From: Octopus vulgaris
Taxonomy: Eukaryota
Reading direction: 5' to 3'
NCBI GenBank assembly: GCA_951406725.2
Contig: OX597819.1
Location: 46,252,001-46,316,000 of the forward strand
Length of the DNA: 64,000 bases
Position 1 is the stretch's first letter, and every line of letters begins with the position of its first letter. The notes under the pieces are model-generated. The model was not told where the DNA came from. It was given only the letters and a program-made list of their open reading frames with translations, and ran no database searches. The translations under genes were made by a program, and so were the position numbers. Shown here piece by piece: positions 43,678 through 57,842 of this stretch.

Positions 43678-44957
43678 GTCATTACTATTATTATTATTAT
43701 TGTTGTTGTTGTTGTTATTGACTCGGTTTCAAGTATAGTTTACTGTAAAGTCGAGCACACGAAACGTTTAGGTGAGAGCATAAAATTATGTTTATCCTCA
43801 AAATATTGTATGTCTCTGTATGCGTTGTGTGGGTGGTTATCTCTTTGTGTGAGTTTGGTTTCGTTAGTGTGTGTGTCTGTGTCTGTGTGTCTGCGCGCGC
43901 GTGTGCGTGTGTGTGTGTGTGCGCGCGCTCGTGTGCGTGTGTGTGTGTGTGTGTTTGTGTGTGTATGTGTGCGTGTGTGAGTAAGTGATATTTATTTTTA
44001 TAGTGAACAACTGAAGGAAGTTAATCCGTTAGTTAGAGACTTTTTTCCTGTAAGTACATAATATTTTGAACTCTAAATATTCAATATTTGATGCACAGAA
44101 ACACATACGATTTTCCTCTGATATTTGCATAACGAATGCACAAATTGTCTCTTTGATGTTGCCACAAATTTAATAACATTTTTTTTAAAAACTAATAAAT
44201 GCTTATTACCTAACAGAGAAACAACACAAGCATAACTTCATTAAATACACATAAGACCCAGTGGTAGTACATTCATTACTGAACAAGGACACTAAGGTAC
44301 CATATTTATTTGTTAACTGGCACAATATGGCTAACTCGTACGCGTGGAAATGTTCAATGTGTCTGCCAAAATAAAAAAAAATTAAAATATAGACAGACTA
44401 CAGACGGCTAAAACATTGACTTTACTAAAAAAATTATGTCAGACGGTTCATCATATAATATCTTCGTCTCACTTTAACTTCTAAGCTGCAATAGAGACCG
44501 TGAAAGTAAATAAACGAAAGGGAAACTTATTGAAATATAACGAGTTTATTATCTGGTCAAAACCTGCACTGGAACAGTCATAAATATTTTCTCAGCATGT
44601 CTTCAAGTGACGATCAAAATAATCTATGTCTACCATAATTTGCCTTTGATTCAGTAGACGTTGACATGTAATCTCACAACAACTGATCCAGCTACACAGT
44701 TAAGTGACTGATTTTTTTCTAAACACTCTGTCGTAGTCGTATTGTATAGAATACGCCATCAGACACGAAAACAAAAATAATTCCGAAGACGGAAGAGAAA
44801 TTAATAAACGAAACTCTCTGACAAGAAGCCTAGAATTATATCAGCGACAATAAAAACCTCACAAGCCTGTTGCCACCACATAAATAACAAAGAAACTTTA
44901 CCCACTGCAGGTACTCACTGCCAATATTTGTCTCAACGAATAATGTTTATTTACTTA

Positions 44958-45188
44958 ATAATGCGCCCTTTTAAAGCCTAGCGAGGCTCATGGGCCCGGT
45001 TTCCCGATTTCTATGGATGGGACGGCAGTCCATCGCAGCGTTACTCATTTTTGCCAGCTGAGTGAACTAGAGCAACGTGAAATGAAGTGTTTTGCTCAAG
45101 AACACAACGCGTCGCCCGTTCCAGGAATCGAAACCACAATCTTACGATCATGATGCTGACACCCTAACCACTAAGTCACGCGCCCCCA
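44958..45188 (-). mobile_element. SINE with family D head and family C-like tail
   Basis: Head matches 56645-56780; tail (reverse complement of ggctcatgggcccggtttccc) matches 20005-20035. Confidence 0.8.
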
Positions 45189-45756
45189 CGTTTATTTACT
45201 TGGCTACTTCTAAAGAAAGGTTAAATGATGTAAAACGAAACGCTGACATATACATTCAGAAGAAAGGCGCCAGTTAACATTTTTATAGTAGATAAATAAA
45301 TTAAATATAATCCAAGGCTTGATTATTCTCCTCTACATTAGCATACGGACAAACCAGACACACAGTCATTTCACAAAATGCAAGCGCACAACTCAAACAA
45401 AATCCTTTTAGAAATACTGTAACATCGACCTAGCTACGGAAAGAGCAACGAGGAAATATTTTACATGGTTGATGTACTTGCTAGCAATAGCAGCAAAATT
45501 TCCTTTAAATTGCATCCAATCGCCTTGAAGAAGAGAAGGGTACATTGATGAATATATACCACGATACCTCGTCATTTTCATAGCATTTTTTGTTTTTTGG
45601 TGGCCCAATAACTGAAGAGATGCCGGCGTGGGTTTCCGCCCCGACATCCGAAACTTATCATGGCTACCGAATAATTGTCACAACATGTATTTACAGATAA
45701 ATTCCTCTATTTACATAATATTGAGATCTCTTTCATTCTTTTGTTGTCTTGCCATT

Positions 45757-45829
<73 letters not shown>

Positions 45830-45847
45830 ATATATATATATATATAT

Positions 45848-46010
45848 ACGATGGGCTTCTTACAGTTTCCGTGTACCAAATCTATTCACACAGCTTTGGT
45901 CGACCCGGGGCTATATTAGGAGACATTTACCCAAGATTCCACACAGTGGGACTGAACCCAGCACTACGTGGCTGTGAAGAAAGCTTCTTGCCACACAACC
46001 ACGTCTGAGC
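45848..46010 (-). mobile_element. SINE family B head
   Basis: cagtttccgtgtaccaaatct...gtgggactgaaccc. Confidence 0.85.
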
Positions 46011-47324
46011 CTATAGAAGTTGTCCCTTATGGCACTAGGGTTTAAGAATCTTTTGACAAATATAAAGAAGTTTCTCTGAGATGAAGGAATATATATTAAC
46101 ATCTTCCTCATTAGGGACATGAACTTTCTGAGAGTACAGTAGGTTGCATGATATATCATTTCGAGAGCTTTATTTAAAAATCAAACGGAAATGTTGGCAT
46201 GAATTAAGACTACCTAAAACCTTTTTATATAACAACTTTATGTATCAACTATACACAAATATAACGATATACCTTACATCTACGGACAATACAGATGTGT
46301 CAGATCATAACCATATCTTCTTTCGCAGACCATAATATTTATATAGCACCCTATGTTTAATACAGGAAAACGTTCGAAATCCGAAATCGCAAAAATGCGA
46401 GTTTACATTCTCAGAAATTAACTTCCACAAAGCTGACTTCGAGATAACTGATGCTAAACAGCGAGAAATATATTAGAGTGATAATTTCAAAGAACTTCGC
46501 CTGAAGATAGAGAGAGAAAAAAGAAATAGAATTTTTGTAGCCAGATTTACTGAAATCTCTCAAATATTATCCTTCGCGTAAGCGTTTAAAAATACAATAA
46601 AACACAACCGCACTATCCCCATAAAATAGACGAATTCCCATGAGGACACAATCGTATAATGCTTGAAGGAGCGATAAAACAAATGATTCATGAAGGTGGC
46701 AAAAGAGTGCTGATAAGCAACAGTAGACTCGTATCACTTAAATCACATTTTTCCCAAAGTTCTCAAGAGATTTATGTATAGAAGATAACAAGCGTTTCAA
46801 AAATTTCCCAGAACGATTTCCATCCCCGAAAGAAAATTCTTGACACTTATCTAGTGAAATCCTGAAGAGTTCATTTCCTAGACCAGCGGTTTTCAAACGT
46901 ATTCTTCTGTTAGAGAACCTTAACAAGATATTCGAAAAAGTCATGAAACCCCCGCCCCCAGTTTATATTTCACAGACAACTGCAACCACCTAATTCTCAC
47001 ATGATTTTAAATGAAAGAAAACTCTTTAGTATTTGTGTGTGTATGTGTGCGTGTATAGGGGGGGGTATTCACTGGACTGTGGCCATGCTGGGGCACTACC
47101 TAGTTGATCAAATCAATCACAATACTTCTGTTTTTTGGGGGTTTTTTTTGTATTCTTGTCATATTTTTTGAAAGTCAATAATTCATAAAGGTGCAACGAA
47201 ACCAAAATTAGCACTGAAGCTTTGACACAAACAGAAAGATGCACAACACACACACACACACAATATACATACATACATACATACATACATACATACATAC
47301 ATACATACATACATACATACATAC

Positions 47325-47662
47325 ACAGGTGTGGCTGTGCGGTAAGAAGCTTTCTTCCTAACCACATGGTTCCAGGTTCAGTCCTACAATGTGGCACCTT
47401 GGACAAGTGTCTTCAACTATAGCCTCGGGCCGACCAGAACCTTGTGAGTAGATTTGGAATTGGTAGACGGAAACTGAAAGAATACCGTCGTTTATATATA
47501 TATTTATATATATACATGTGAGTGCGCATTTGTATCTCTAGTTGTTCCCCCACCACTACCACTTGACAACCGATGTCAGTGTGTTTACGTCTCCGCAAAT
47601 CGTTCAAGGCGGTGCTCCAGCATGGCTGTAGTCAAAATAACTGAGGTAAATATAAGAATAAA
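47325..47662 (+). mobile_element. SINE family B copy
   Basis: Head, internal microsatellite and tail as in 32648-33060. Confidence 0.88.
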
Positions 47663-47994
47663 AGGACAAAAGAATATATCTATATCTACATACATGCACA
47701 CACAAACACACACAAACACACACACAATGCAGACTTTACGCTTAAAATGCACCAGGAATCTTTTATTAAACTCCAAACTACACAACGAAGAAAACGAACC
47801 AGCCAGCTCCACGCGAGTGTGATCTAGTGCTACTTTCAGCTGTTCGAAGACCGCATGCAAGTTCCAAGGTATTATTTACCGGCACGTGGTTTCTTTCATC
47901 CAATCAGAAACCATAAACCGTCATACAGACTCACTCATCAACATTGTTACTCCGCGATAGACTGTCTTTCATTAATTTTTCGCGGGAAAGTCCA

Positions 47995-49300
47995 TCGCTG
48001 CTGCTGTTGTTTTTATAGTTGCGTCTACTGCTACTACTGCGTCTACTGCTACCACTGCGGCTGCTGCTACTACTGCGGCTGCTGCTGCTGTTATTTTTAT
48101 AGTTGTGTCTACTGCTACTGCGGCTGCTGCTGTTATTTTTATAGTTGTGTCTACTGCTACTGCTGCTGCTGCTGTTCTTGTTATTGTTTCTGTTGTTGTA
48201 GATATTTTTGCTGCTTTTGTTGCTGCTGCTGCTGATGATGATGACGATGATGATGATGATTGTACTATTACTGCTGTTGTCGCTGTTGTTATTGCTGCTG
48301 CTGTTGTTGTTGTCGCAGCTGCTGCAGTTTATGTTGTAGACACTGCTGATATTGACTCTGACTCCTACCTCTGCTGCTACTACTATTACTACTGCTACTG
48401 CTACTGCTGCTACTACTGCTGCTACTACTGCTGCTACTGCTGCTGCTGCTGTTGCTCTTGCTACTTTTATAGCAATTACTGCTCGTGTTTGCTGCTGAAA
48501 TTGCTGCGGTATCTGCTGATGCTGTTGGAGCTGGGATGATGATGCTGATCTCATTGCTGCTGATGTTTGTGACCTCTTGAGAGCCCTACTGCTGCTGTTA
48601 CTCTTGGATTTACTGCTTCTGCTGCTAATGATGGCTTACCTACTACTGCTGCTGCTGGATTTGATGCTGCTGCTGCCACTGGCTATGATGCTGCTACTAC
48701 TGGTGGCTTTACTACTGCTGCTGACTTTGCTGCAGGAGTCGGCTTTGCTGCTGCTGTTGCCTGTATTTACTGCTGCTGCTGGCTCTATTGCTGCTCCTGC
48801 CCCTGCTAGCTTTACAGCTGCTACCCCTGCTGCTGCTGCTGGCTGTAATGCTACTGCTGACTTTGCTGCTTCGGCTGCTGCTACTGGTGGCTTTACTACT
48901 GCTGCTGGCTTTGCTGCTGCAGCCGGCTTTGCTGCTGCTGCTGCTGTTGGCTGTCTTTACTGCTGCTGCTACCCCTGATAGCTTTACAGCTACTGCTCCT
49001 GCTGCTGCTGACTTGCTGCTACTGCTGCTGCGTTGCTGCTGCTACTGGTGGCTTTACTACTGCTGCAGGCTTTGCTGCTGCTACTGCTGCTGCTGCCTTT
49101 GCTGCTGCTGGCTTTAATGCTACTGCTGCTACTGCTGCTACTGCTGCTACTGCTGGCTTTATTGCTACTGCTACTGCTGGCTTTGCTGCTGCTGACTAGC
49201 TGGCTGACTGGCTGGCTTTATTGCTGCTCTCGGCTTTGCAGCTGCGGTTGCTGCTAGCTTTGCTGCTGCTAGTAGCAATAATACTGTTGTTGTTGTTGTT
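47995..49300. repeat. Degenerate (CTG/CTA)n trinucleotide tract with higher-order units
   Basis: Recurring ggcttt(a/g)ctgctgct and ttttatagttgtgtctactgct motifs. Confidence 0.9.
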
Positions 49301-49819
49301 AAGCAACAAGATGGGTAAGGGTGATTAGGTGATGGTCTAGGGCTTAGGGGCGGGAGACCCCAGACCTTGGAAGAAAATAAAACTTTGGTCGTCTTGTTGT
49401 AGTCGAGGGCTCTTCGTTGACGCCCGACACCACTAGGAGGTGGCCCTCGAAGACGCTGGAAATGGAAATCTCCAGGTCCAAATTCTTGAACGGCTCTGAT
49501 GAGTAACTCCCAGCAACGACTTCGTGTCTTCTACTGTATCCGAGACAATAATTAAACTCAGCGGTGGAAATGAAGCTGAGTACACAAGAAGTACGGTGTC
49601 CTCTTTTCAGCTAACTAGACGTGGTGGGGTGCTTATAACGTTTTGTCCCACCTTCACAAACCTCACCCTTCCGGACCTTAGTGTACCCCTAGTTCTTAAC
49701 TTCAATTACCATGACGAAGTAAAATACTCTTGCTAAGAAAGCATCGCAAAATGGAATCGAACCCGGAACCACATATTCAGAAAAGAACTTCTTAACTACT
49801 CAACTATGCTTTAGTTTTT

Positions 49820-50076
49820 CTTGTTGTTGTTGTTGTCGGTGGTGGTGGTCGTGGCGGTGGTGGCAGTGATGCTGGTGGTGGTTGCAGCGATGGTAGTGGT
49901 AGTGGGGGTTGTGGCGGTGGCGATGGTGGTGGTGGTGGTGGTGGTGAATTTTGGATCCAAATCGATCAGCTTCCTCCTTTTATCGTAATCATCATCATCA
50001 TCATTATCAGTAACAACATAACCATCATCATCATAATCATCATCACAATCATCGTCATCATCATCATAATCATCAG

Positions 50077-50124
<48 letters not shown>

Positions 50125-50125
50125 T

Positions 50126-50165
<40 letters not shown>

Positions 50166-51135
50166 CCATCGTCATCTATGAGCAATGGTGTTCCAGCTGT
50201 GACCATTTCTTTCAAGCTTAGCATACATTGAGAGTACCATTCCATATGCTTCCCCTCTTCGCGTGTGATTTGAGCGGGATGTGGCTGCTTCGATGATGTA
50301 CTAGAGGAGATTTGACTGCTTCTTTTAGATTGTCGATCGACCACTTAAAGAGGGACCCTCTTTGTTGTTAGTGATGGGACTGGTTCTGTTGCTAGTGCCG
50401 TTACTTCTACCGCGGCCGCTGATGGTCATACAGGCAACGACGGCGACGACGACAATGCAGCTTCTTCTTCTTCTTCTTCTTCTTCTTCTTCTTCTTCTTC
50501 TTCTTCTTCTTCTTCTTCTTCTTCTTCTTCTTCTTCTTCTTCTTCTTCCTTTTCTTCTTCCTTCTTCTTTCTTCTACTGCTTTTCCCCCTCTCCAACTTC
50601 TCCTTCTTCTTCTTCTTCTTCTTCTTCTTCTTCTTCTTCTTCTTCTTCTTCTTCTTCTTCTGCTGCTGCTGCTGCTGCTGCTGCTTTTTCTTCTGCTTCT
50701 TCTGCTTCTTCTTCTTCTCCTCCTCCTTCTCCTCCTCCTCCTTTTTCCCCTTCTTTCTTCTCCTCCTCCTTCTTTCTTCTACTCCTTTTTCTCCTTCTCC
50801 ACCTTTTTCTTCTCGTTCTTCTTTTGCTTCTTTTCGTTCTTCTTCTCTTTCTTCTTCGTCTTCTTTTTCTTCTTCTGCTTCTTCTACTCTTTCACCTGCT
50901 ACTGCTGCTGCTTCAAATGATGATGATGACGATAAAGAGAAATAGGAGGGGGAGAGCAATAATGGTTTCGATAATAATGGTAAAGACGATGGCAGTGGTG
51001 ATGGTGCTGGTGGTGATGGTGGTAGAGATGATGATGATGGTAGTAGTAGTGGTGGTGGTGGTGGTGGTGGTGGTGGTGGTGGTGGTGGTGGTCATCGTGG
51101 ATGTCGTTGTGGTAGCGCATGATGCGGTGGCGACT
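49820..51135. repeat. Trinucleotide mosaic (GGT)n, (CAT)n, (CTT)n, (GTG)n
   Basis: Directly visible. Confidence 0.92.
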
Positions 51136-51589
51136 TAGTCGGGATTTGAACCCAGAACGTAAAGAAAAGTAAGAAAATATTTTAAGTCATTTTTCTCCAA
51201 TACTCAACCAGATATTTAATACTAATGAGAATAACAGGAAAAAAAATTAATAAAATCTTGTGTTTGAGATGCTGAAAAGAGATGGCGAGATTTGTTCACA
51301 GGAGGTAAAGTGTTGCAAGCTATTTTAGTGACAGGTCAAACGTTATTGCGAAGTAGAGATAACACTATTGCTCAACATAGGAAAATGGCAAGCAGATCTC
51401 TCTCGAAACACACGATATTGATTAAAAACATAAAAGGACCATATTGGATTCTTTGCGCCAAGATGCATCTTATCTGAAAAATATCAGACGTGATGGTCAC
51501 AGATAGAATAACTAGGTTTGTACGTTCAGATTCATCGGCTTCCTGCTAAAGCTACAACTTTATTCTCTTTCTCTCTCTTTCTCTCTCTT

Positions 51590-51636
<47 letters not shown>

Positions 51637-51748
51637 ATCTATCTATCTCTATCTCTCCCTCTCACTCTATCTTTATCTCACTCTCTCTCTATCTATCTCT
51701 ATCTTTATCTATCCCTCTATCTTTCACTCCCTCCCTTTCTCTCTCTCG

Positions 51749-51791
<43 letters not shown>

Positions 51792-52179
51792 TCACTCTGT
51801 GACGAAGTACATTGATCCGAAACGTCGATTACTTTACTCCTTGGGGCAATTGGATAAATCAATTTAATCTACGAGGGTTAACATATAGTAGACCAGTGCT
51901 GGACGTATCCCTCTTAATGGCCGAATGCTTTCGCTTGTACTACTACTACAATTACAACTGATACGATAACATAGCTACGCTAATTTGACACTGTACAGGA
52001 GCTTTTTCAGTTTCAATACTCATACTTGCCAGAAACGAAGAAACGGAGCAAAGTGAAGGTACCTTGCCCATCAATACAACATCCTACTCGAACCGAGAAT
52101 CGCACCCATAACCACCCAAACATTAGTCTGCGTGCCTTCCAAATATTATCATTTTATCATTTATTTTGAAGAGGGTCTA

Positions 52180-52492
52180 ACCAAATAGTACTTATTTATT
52201 AAGTCTGGTACATATTTTATTGGTGTCTTTGCCGAACCGCTAACTTCCAGGAACGTAAACAAACCAACCCAAGCGATAGGGGGAAAGGCACACACATACA
52301 TATACACGCTCGGACGCGCGATACGCACAATGCACACATATATTCAATGGACTTATCTTAGTTTCTGTCTACCAGATTCCCTCACAAGACTTTGGTCGGC
52401 TCGGGGGCTATTGTAGAAGATACTTGCCTACGGTGTCCCACAGTGGGCTTGAACCATAAACCTCAAGGACGGGAAACAACCTTCTTACCACA
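52180..52492 (-). mobile_element. Diverged SINE family B copy
   Basis: tttgccgaaccgctaact tail and gtttctgtctaccagattccctcacaag head. Confidence 0.75.
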
Positions 52493-53270
52493 CTTATATA
52501 CAACCTACTTTTTTTTATTCTCTTTTTATTTCTAATACAGTAGATTCTCTTTAGGAGGCTAATTGGCTGATATTTCTAGCAAATCGAGCGGCCATCTATA
52601 GGCCGGCTAGTTGGCTCGTAGTATTGATGTATATGGAGCCTGAAAGATGATGAATGACGGTTGGGCGGGTAGAGTATTAGTGTGTGGTTGTGGTGGGTGT
52701 GATGGAGGGAACTACCAGTTCTCGTGGTGCAGATATCGATGGACATATCTGTTAAAATAAAACGAATAAGTAAAATAAAATAAAATACAAAAATAATACT
52801 AATAAGCGTAAAACAAAACAAAACAAAGAAACAAAAGCAAAAATAATAGAAAACTCCAACCCTAACGGTTCAGTGGACACAGTTCATTTCATCCACCACA
52901 CCTTCGTTCGACATTCGCCCGAGCGATAATCGGCTTTGTCTATTTAGCACGCATGCGTAATCAGTAACGGCTGGATGACGACAAGGCTGTGACGCTGGCC
53001 TTGCTGTCTGGCGTGATTCAGAGACAGTGGTTTTTGAGAGATCGTTGATATTTCTCATGTATGACTCTAACGATATGGCATTTTGTTATTAATATTTTTG
53101 CTATTTTTTCTTCAAATGTGTCTATTTTATTGTTTCATTGATTTTCTTTTTCTCTGTCTGACGTTTTGTGTCTGTCAAATATGAAAAAAAAAAAAAACTA
53201 TTCGTTTTGTAACTTCCTATTTTTTCTATTTTTCTTCTATTTTCGTTGTTTACTTTCCGTTTCCGTATTA

Positions 53271-53419
<149 letters not shown>

Positions 53420-53685
53420 TTGTATTAATAAAATATTTTTTTGTGTGTGTGTTTGCATTATTTTTTGTAAATATTCTTACTTTTGTCCATTTTAGTATTT
53501 GCCATTGATAAGCAAATACAAACGAAGCGACAACTTACACATGCACATACACGGACACAGATACAAGCATACACACACGTATATACATATACATCTAAAT
53601 ATTTACTTGAATATGCGTGCGTATATGTATATACGTATCGTCATCATCCTTCCACATGATCAGCCCACTGTATGTACACATACAC

Positions 53686-53755
<70 letters not shown>

Positions 53756-53818
53756 TATCATATTCTATATTACATTGTATATATATATATATGTGTGTAT
53801 GGGGTTTGTGTTATATGT

Positions 53819-53893
<75 letters not shown>

Positions 53894-54211
53894 TTATTTA
53901 TTTATACTGAGAAAGAGAGAGAGGAGGAGGGAGGGATATGACAGTCACTTCGAAATTTCGGGATGGTGGTTTTGTCTCACATTTTGAATAAGCTTGCACT
54001 GGCGAAACTTCGACAACTGATCACAGTATAATAGAACTTAGATTTTACATCTATATACAAACTTTGTTGGCTCTGCATCGCAATTCTTAACATTTATGTA
54101 TTAACTTTCTTGGGTACTTCCCTACCAGTATATTGGATATATGTTATTCCATGGAGGGTTGCATTTACAACCCCTATCTCAATTTGTATATATATATATA
54201 TATATATATAT

Positions 54212-54252
<41 letters not shown>

Positions 54253-54313
54253 TAGATAGATAGAGAGAGATAGATAGATACATACATACATACATACATA
54301 CATATCTATCTAA

Positions 54314-54383
<70 letters not shown>

Positions 54384-55025
54384 GTGTATGTGCACACACG
54401 CACATACACGTACACTTGAGGTAAGGGGAATAACTCAGAATTATCAGTTGCATGAATTTGGATAAGAACAAACTACTTTACGAGATAAATTTCTGCTTAT
54501 CCGCGCTGTCAGAGAAAGCAGACAAGAACATAATGGCAATTGGAGCCACCTCTGAACGTGAAGAGACAATAATCTCAAGCCATTATTAATTTTCCGAAAT
54601 AAGCAAGCCATTATAAAATGATACAGTCTGCCGTGTTTTCTTCTGGAGACAAGACGGCATCTATGAACACACGTTTCTACCTCCATGGGTATCATCAACA
54701 CAACGTTGCTCTACCTAGACTCCAATAGATATATACAGGGTAGCCATATAAGAGTTGAGAACATTTATGGCCAGGGGAAATGTGCATACTTCAAACATAC
54801 TTCAAACATTAGCTATAAGACGTAAATTTGTAAGGCCAGCAGTATGAATTTGGATAACAAGGAAAACGAATATTATACTGAATACTATGGAAGATAAATT
54901 CATTGCTGTATCAAAATTATTTTCCTTTCGAGAGAAAAGTCCGCAAGATCCAGGATGCTGCAAGCCTACCGATCTTACCTAGCCAATTAGTAAAATAAAT
55001 CAACCGCGGAGCAGTTGCCGTTTTG

Positions 55026-55225
55026 TTACCTCCGCCAAGGAAGGAGGTTGTTTTCATTGGCGTTCGTTTGTCCGACTGTCCAACTGTATGCAAAATAACT
55101 CAAAAAGTTGAAAACAGTATTTAATGAAACTTGCGGAAAAAGTTGGTAATGACATAAGAAATAGATGATAAAATTTTGGTTGTGATGCAGGAATTTCTAT
55201 GGATTCTTGAAGGATTTTTCATTTG
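55026..55225 (+). mobile_element. HINE/DINE-1-like (Helentron-associated) element, 5' part
   Basis: subTIR acctccgccaagg followed by ggagg, short gtcc repeats and a core similar to 60430-60550. Confidence 0.7.
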
Positions 55226-55678
55226 TTATATTTACTACATGAAGTATTACAATGCTACATTCTTTGCTTACCTCCCTTGAAAGCACATCGTTTCCACGTA
55301 ACCTATGGTAGTGTTGCTGTTTAGAGACAGTGTTGATGATGACGATGGTCGAGATAAGTATGGGAGGATAAAATAGTATCGGTGGTTATAATGGCAACAG
55401 GAGCGGTGTGATATGTGATGCTGAGGTGATGGTGGTAATAGTGGTGTTGATGATAGTGTTAGTTGTGTGACGGTGGTATTACAGTGGTTATACTGGTTGT
55501 GGTGGTGAAAGTGACTGTCAAGGTAACCGTCATGATAACATTGATGACGGTGTATGTGGTTAAAGTGGAAGCAATGACAATGCTGCTGATGATGTTGGTG
55601 ATTGTGAACTGCTTCAGATGATTCCTGTTTTTAAAGGGTTCTTTTTCCTTAAAATCATATGGCTGAGTTATTTTTATT

Positions 55679-55810
55679 TTACCCCCGCCAAGGAGGTTAT
55701 GTTTTAGCTGGCGTTGGTTTGGGAAATTGGGCGATTTTCAGCATGCTTGTATATGGGTGGAAATGAGCTGCTTGGCGGAGGTCTGCGCTCTCCGAGTGCT
55801 TTTCTGGTTT
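55679..55810 (+). mobile_element. Miniature complete HINE-like element
   Basis: 5' acccccgccaagg; 3' cttggcggaggt, then hairpin gcgctc-tcc-gagtgc and a T-rich end. Confidence 0.78.
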
Positions 55811-55965
55811 TATATTGTAAGCAGGATGTAGGTTGTACTTCAACTATATTACATAAAGGGCAACAAAGAAACACATTTAAACTCACACGTGCACATGCAT
55901 ACACACACACATACACCTACATATATACAAACATACATGATACATACATACATACATACATACAT

Positions 55966-55996
<31 letters not shown>

Positions 55997-56644
55997 TACA
56001 TACATACATACATACATACATAGGAGCGTACATACATCATTATTACTTCATAGGGCACATTATAATTAATCCTAATTAGTTTTGTTAAAATATTGCTCAC
56101 CAATGTGTTCAAGAAACATACATTTTATTAATTATTTGGGGAAAGGATACGAAAATTATTTACAGGGAAAGAATAAGAATAAAGCGTCAACTTCTGATAT
56201 ACAGTGAAAGGGAATACATGTGATCCTTGTTCGTGGCAAATATTATGCTACAAATTATCTGTTTCGAGAAAAGTGTCTCTCATCAGGCGGTGTAAGATAC
56301 AGTACCTCAATAGACAGCAGTGTATTTCTATCTGTTACGAGAAATTAACTACAAAAATGCACTGACGAACGAATGTACATAAAAAACAGACACATTTTAA
56401 GAACAACCAGATGGACTTGTTTGCTAAGGAAAAGCTACAGATGGAATAATCTTCTGAGAGGAATACATAGATGGAGATACGATGCATACTACTCCACAGA
56501 GTACATAATTTTTTAGTCATAGCAGGGTGTTTTTCCCCAGAAGTGCTCAACAAATGCTGATATATATTATTTTTTAACGCTATGGTTTTGTGTGTGTGTG
56601 TGTGTATGTATGCGTGTGTGTGTATGACTGTGTGTGTGTGTCAA

Positions 56645-56960
56645 GGCGCGTGGCAAAGTGTTTAGGCTATTCAGCTAATGATCATAAGGGCATGAGTTCG
56701 ATTCCCAGCAGTGCGTGTTATCCTTGAGTAGGACACTTTATTTCACGTTGCTCCAGTCCACACAGCTGACAAAAATGAGGTTGTGCCTGCAATTCAGAGG
56801 ACGAACCATGTCACATTCTCTGTCACGCTGAACCTCCCTGAGAACTACGAGAAGGGCACGCGTGTTTGTGGAGTGCTCGACCACTTGCACGCTAATTTCC
56901 TGAACAGGCTGTTCCGTTGTTCGCATCAACTGGAACTGTCATCTTCGTAACCGTCTGAGT
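56645..56960 (+). mobile_element. SINE family D, full length
   Basis: tRNA-like head (tggcaaagtg...gagttcgattcc) and ccttgagtaggacacttta core; second copy at 30585. Confidence 0.88.
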
Positions 56961-57288
56961 GCCAGTGTGTGTGTATGCGTGTGCTTGTATGTGTGAGTAC
57001 GTTTACATGTGGATACATCTGTGTAAACGAAAGGAAAATATTTAATTAATGCAATTATATAAACATTTTCAATCGAGTCTGATATATTATTTGTTCGCAA
57101 CCATGTGTGTGCAAGGCACATTCTTCTATCGCTTGATTGAACGTACGTATGAATACATGCATGAATGCAAGTATGTGTGTAGGCAGATGTATGTCTCGAT
57201 GTTTTAATTTATAGATGTATATACATACATACACATATCTGCATGAATACATATATACACACAAAGAAAGACAGAAAAAGGGATATAC

Positions 57289-57357
<69 letters not shown>

Positions 57358-57359
<2 letters not shown>

Positions 57360-57733
57360 ATCGTTAGCACGCCGGGCGAAATGCTTAGCGGTATTTCGTC
57401 TGCGTTACGTTGTGAGTTCAAATTCCGCCGAGGTCGACTTTGCCTTTCATCCTTTCGGGGTCGATAAATTAAGTACCAGTTACGCACTGGGGTCGATGTA
57501 ATCGACTTAATACCTATGTCTGTCCTTGTTTGTCCCCTCTGTGTTTAGCCCCTTGTGGGTAATAAAGAAATAGGTATTTCGTGTCTTTACGTTCTGAGTT
57601 CAAATTCCGCCGAGGTCGACTTTTCCTCTCGAGGTCGACTTTTCCTATCGAGGTCGATAAATTAAGTACCTGCTGAGCACTGGGGTCAATATAATCGACT
57701 TCAAGCCTTGTTCCTATGGTAGAAAGGATTATT
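57358..57733 (+). mobile_element. SINE family A head-to-tail dimer
   Basis: Near-consensus monomer to aataaagaaata, then a restart at ggtatttcg (57573). Confidence 0.92.
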
Positions 57734-57842
57734 TTCCCAACCTATTCTCTTTCCGCTTTTTTTTTTTTTTTTGTATATGCCACTTTAGACATTGTTCTGT
57801 TTTTTTTTAAATTCAATATCTCACTCGCTTTCTCGGTCAGTA

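Noticed and set aside
46876-46960. hAT/Charlie-like left end (tcctagac-cagcggttttcaaac)
   Set aside because: No matching right TIR or TSD found.
49310-49560. RTE-like remnant (GGPRRRW)
   Set aside because: Too short and degenerate to call.
50362-51138. 258-aa and 177-aa ORFs
   Set aside because: Composed of (CTT)n and (GTG)n homopolymer runs.
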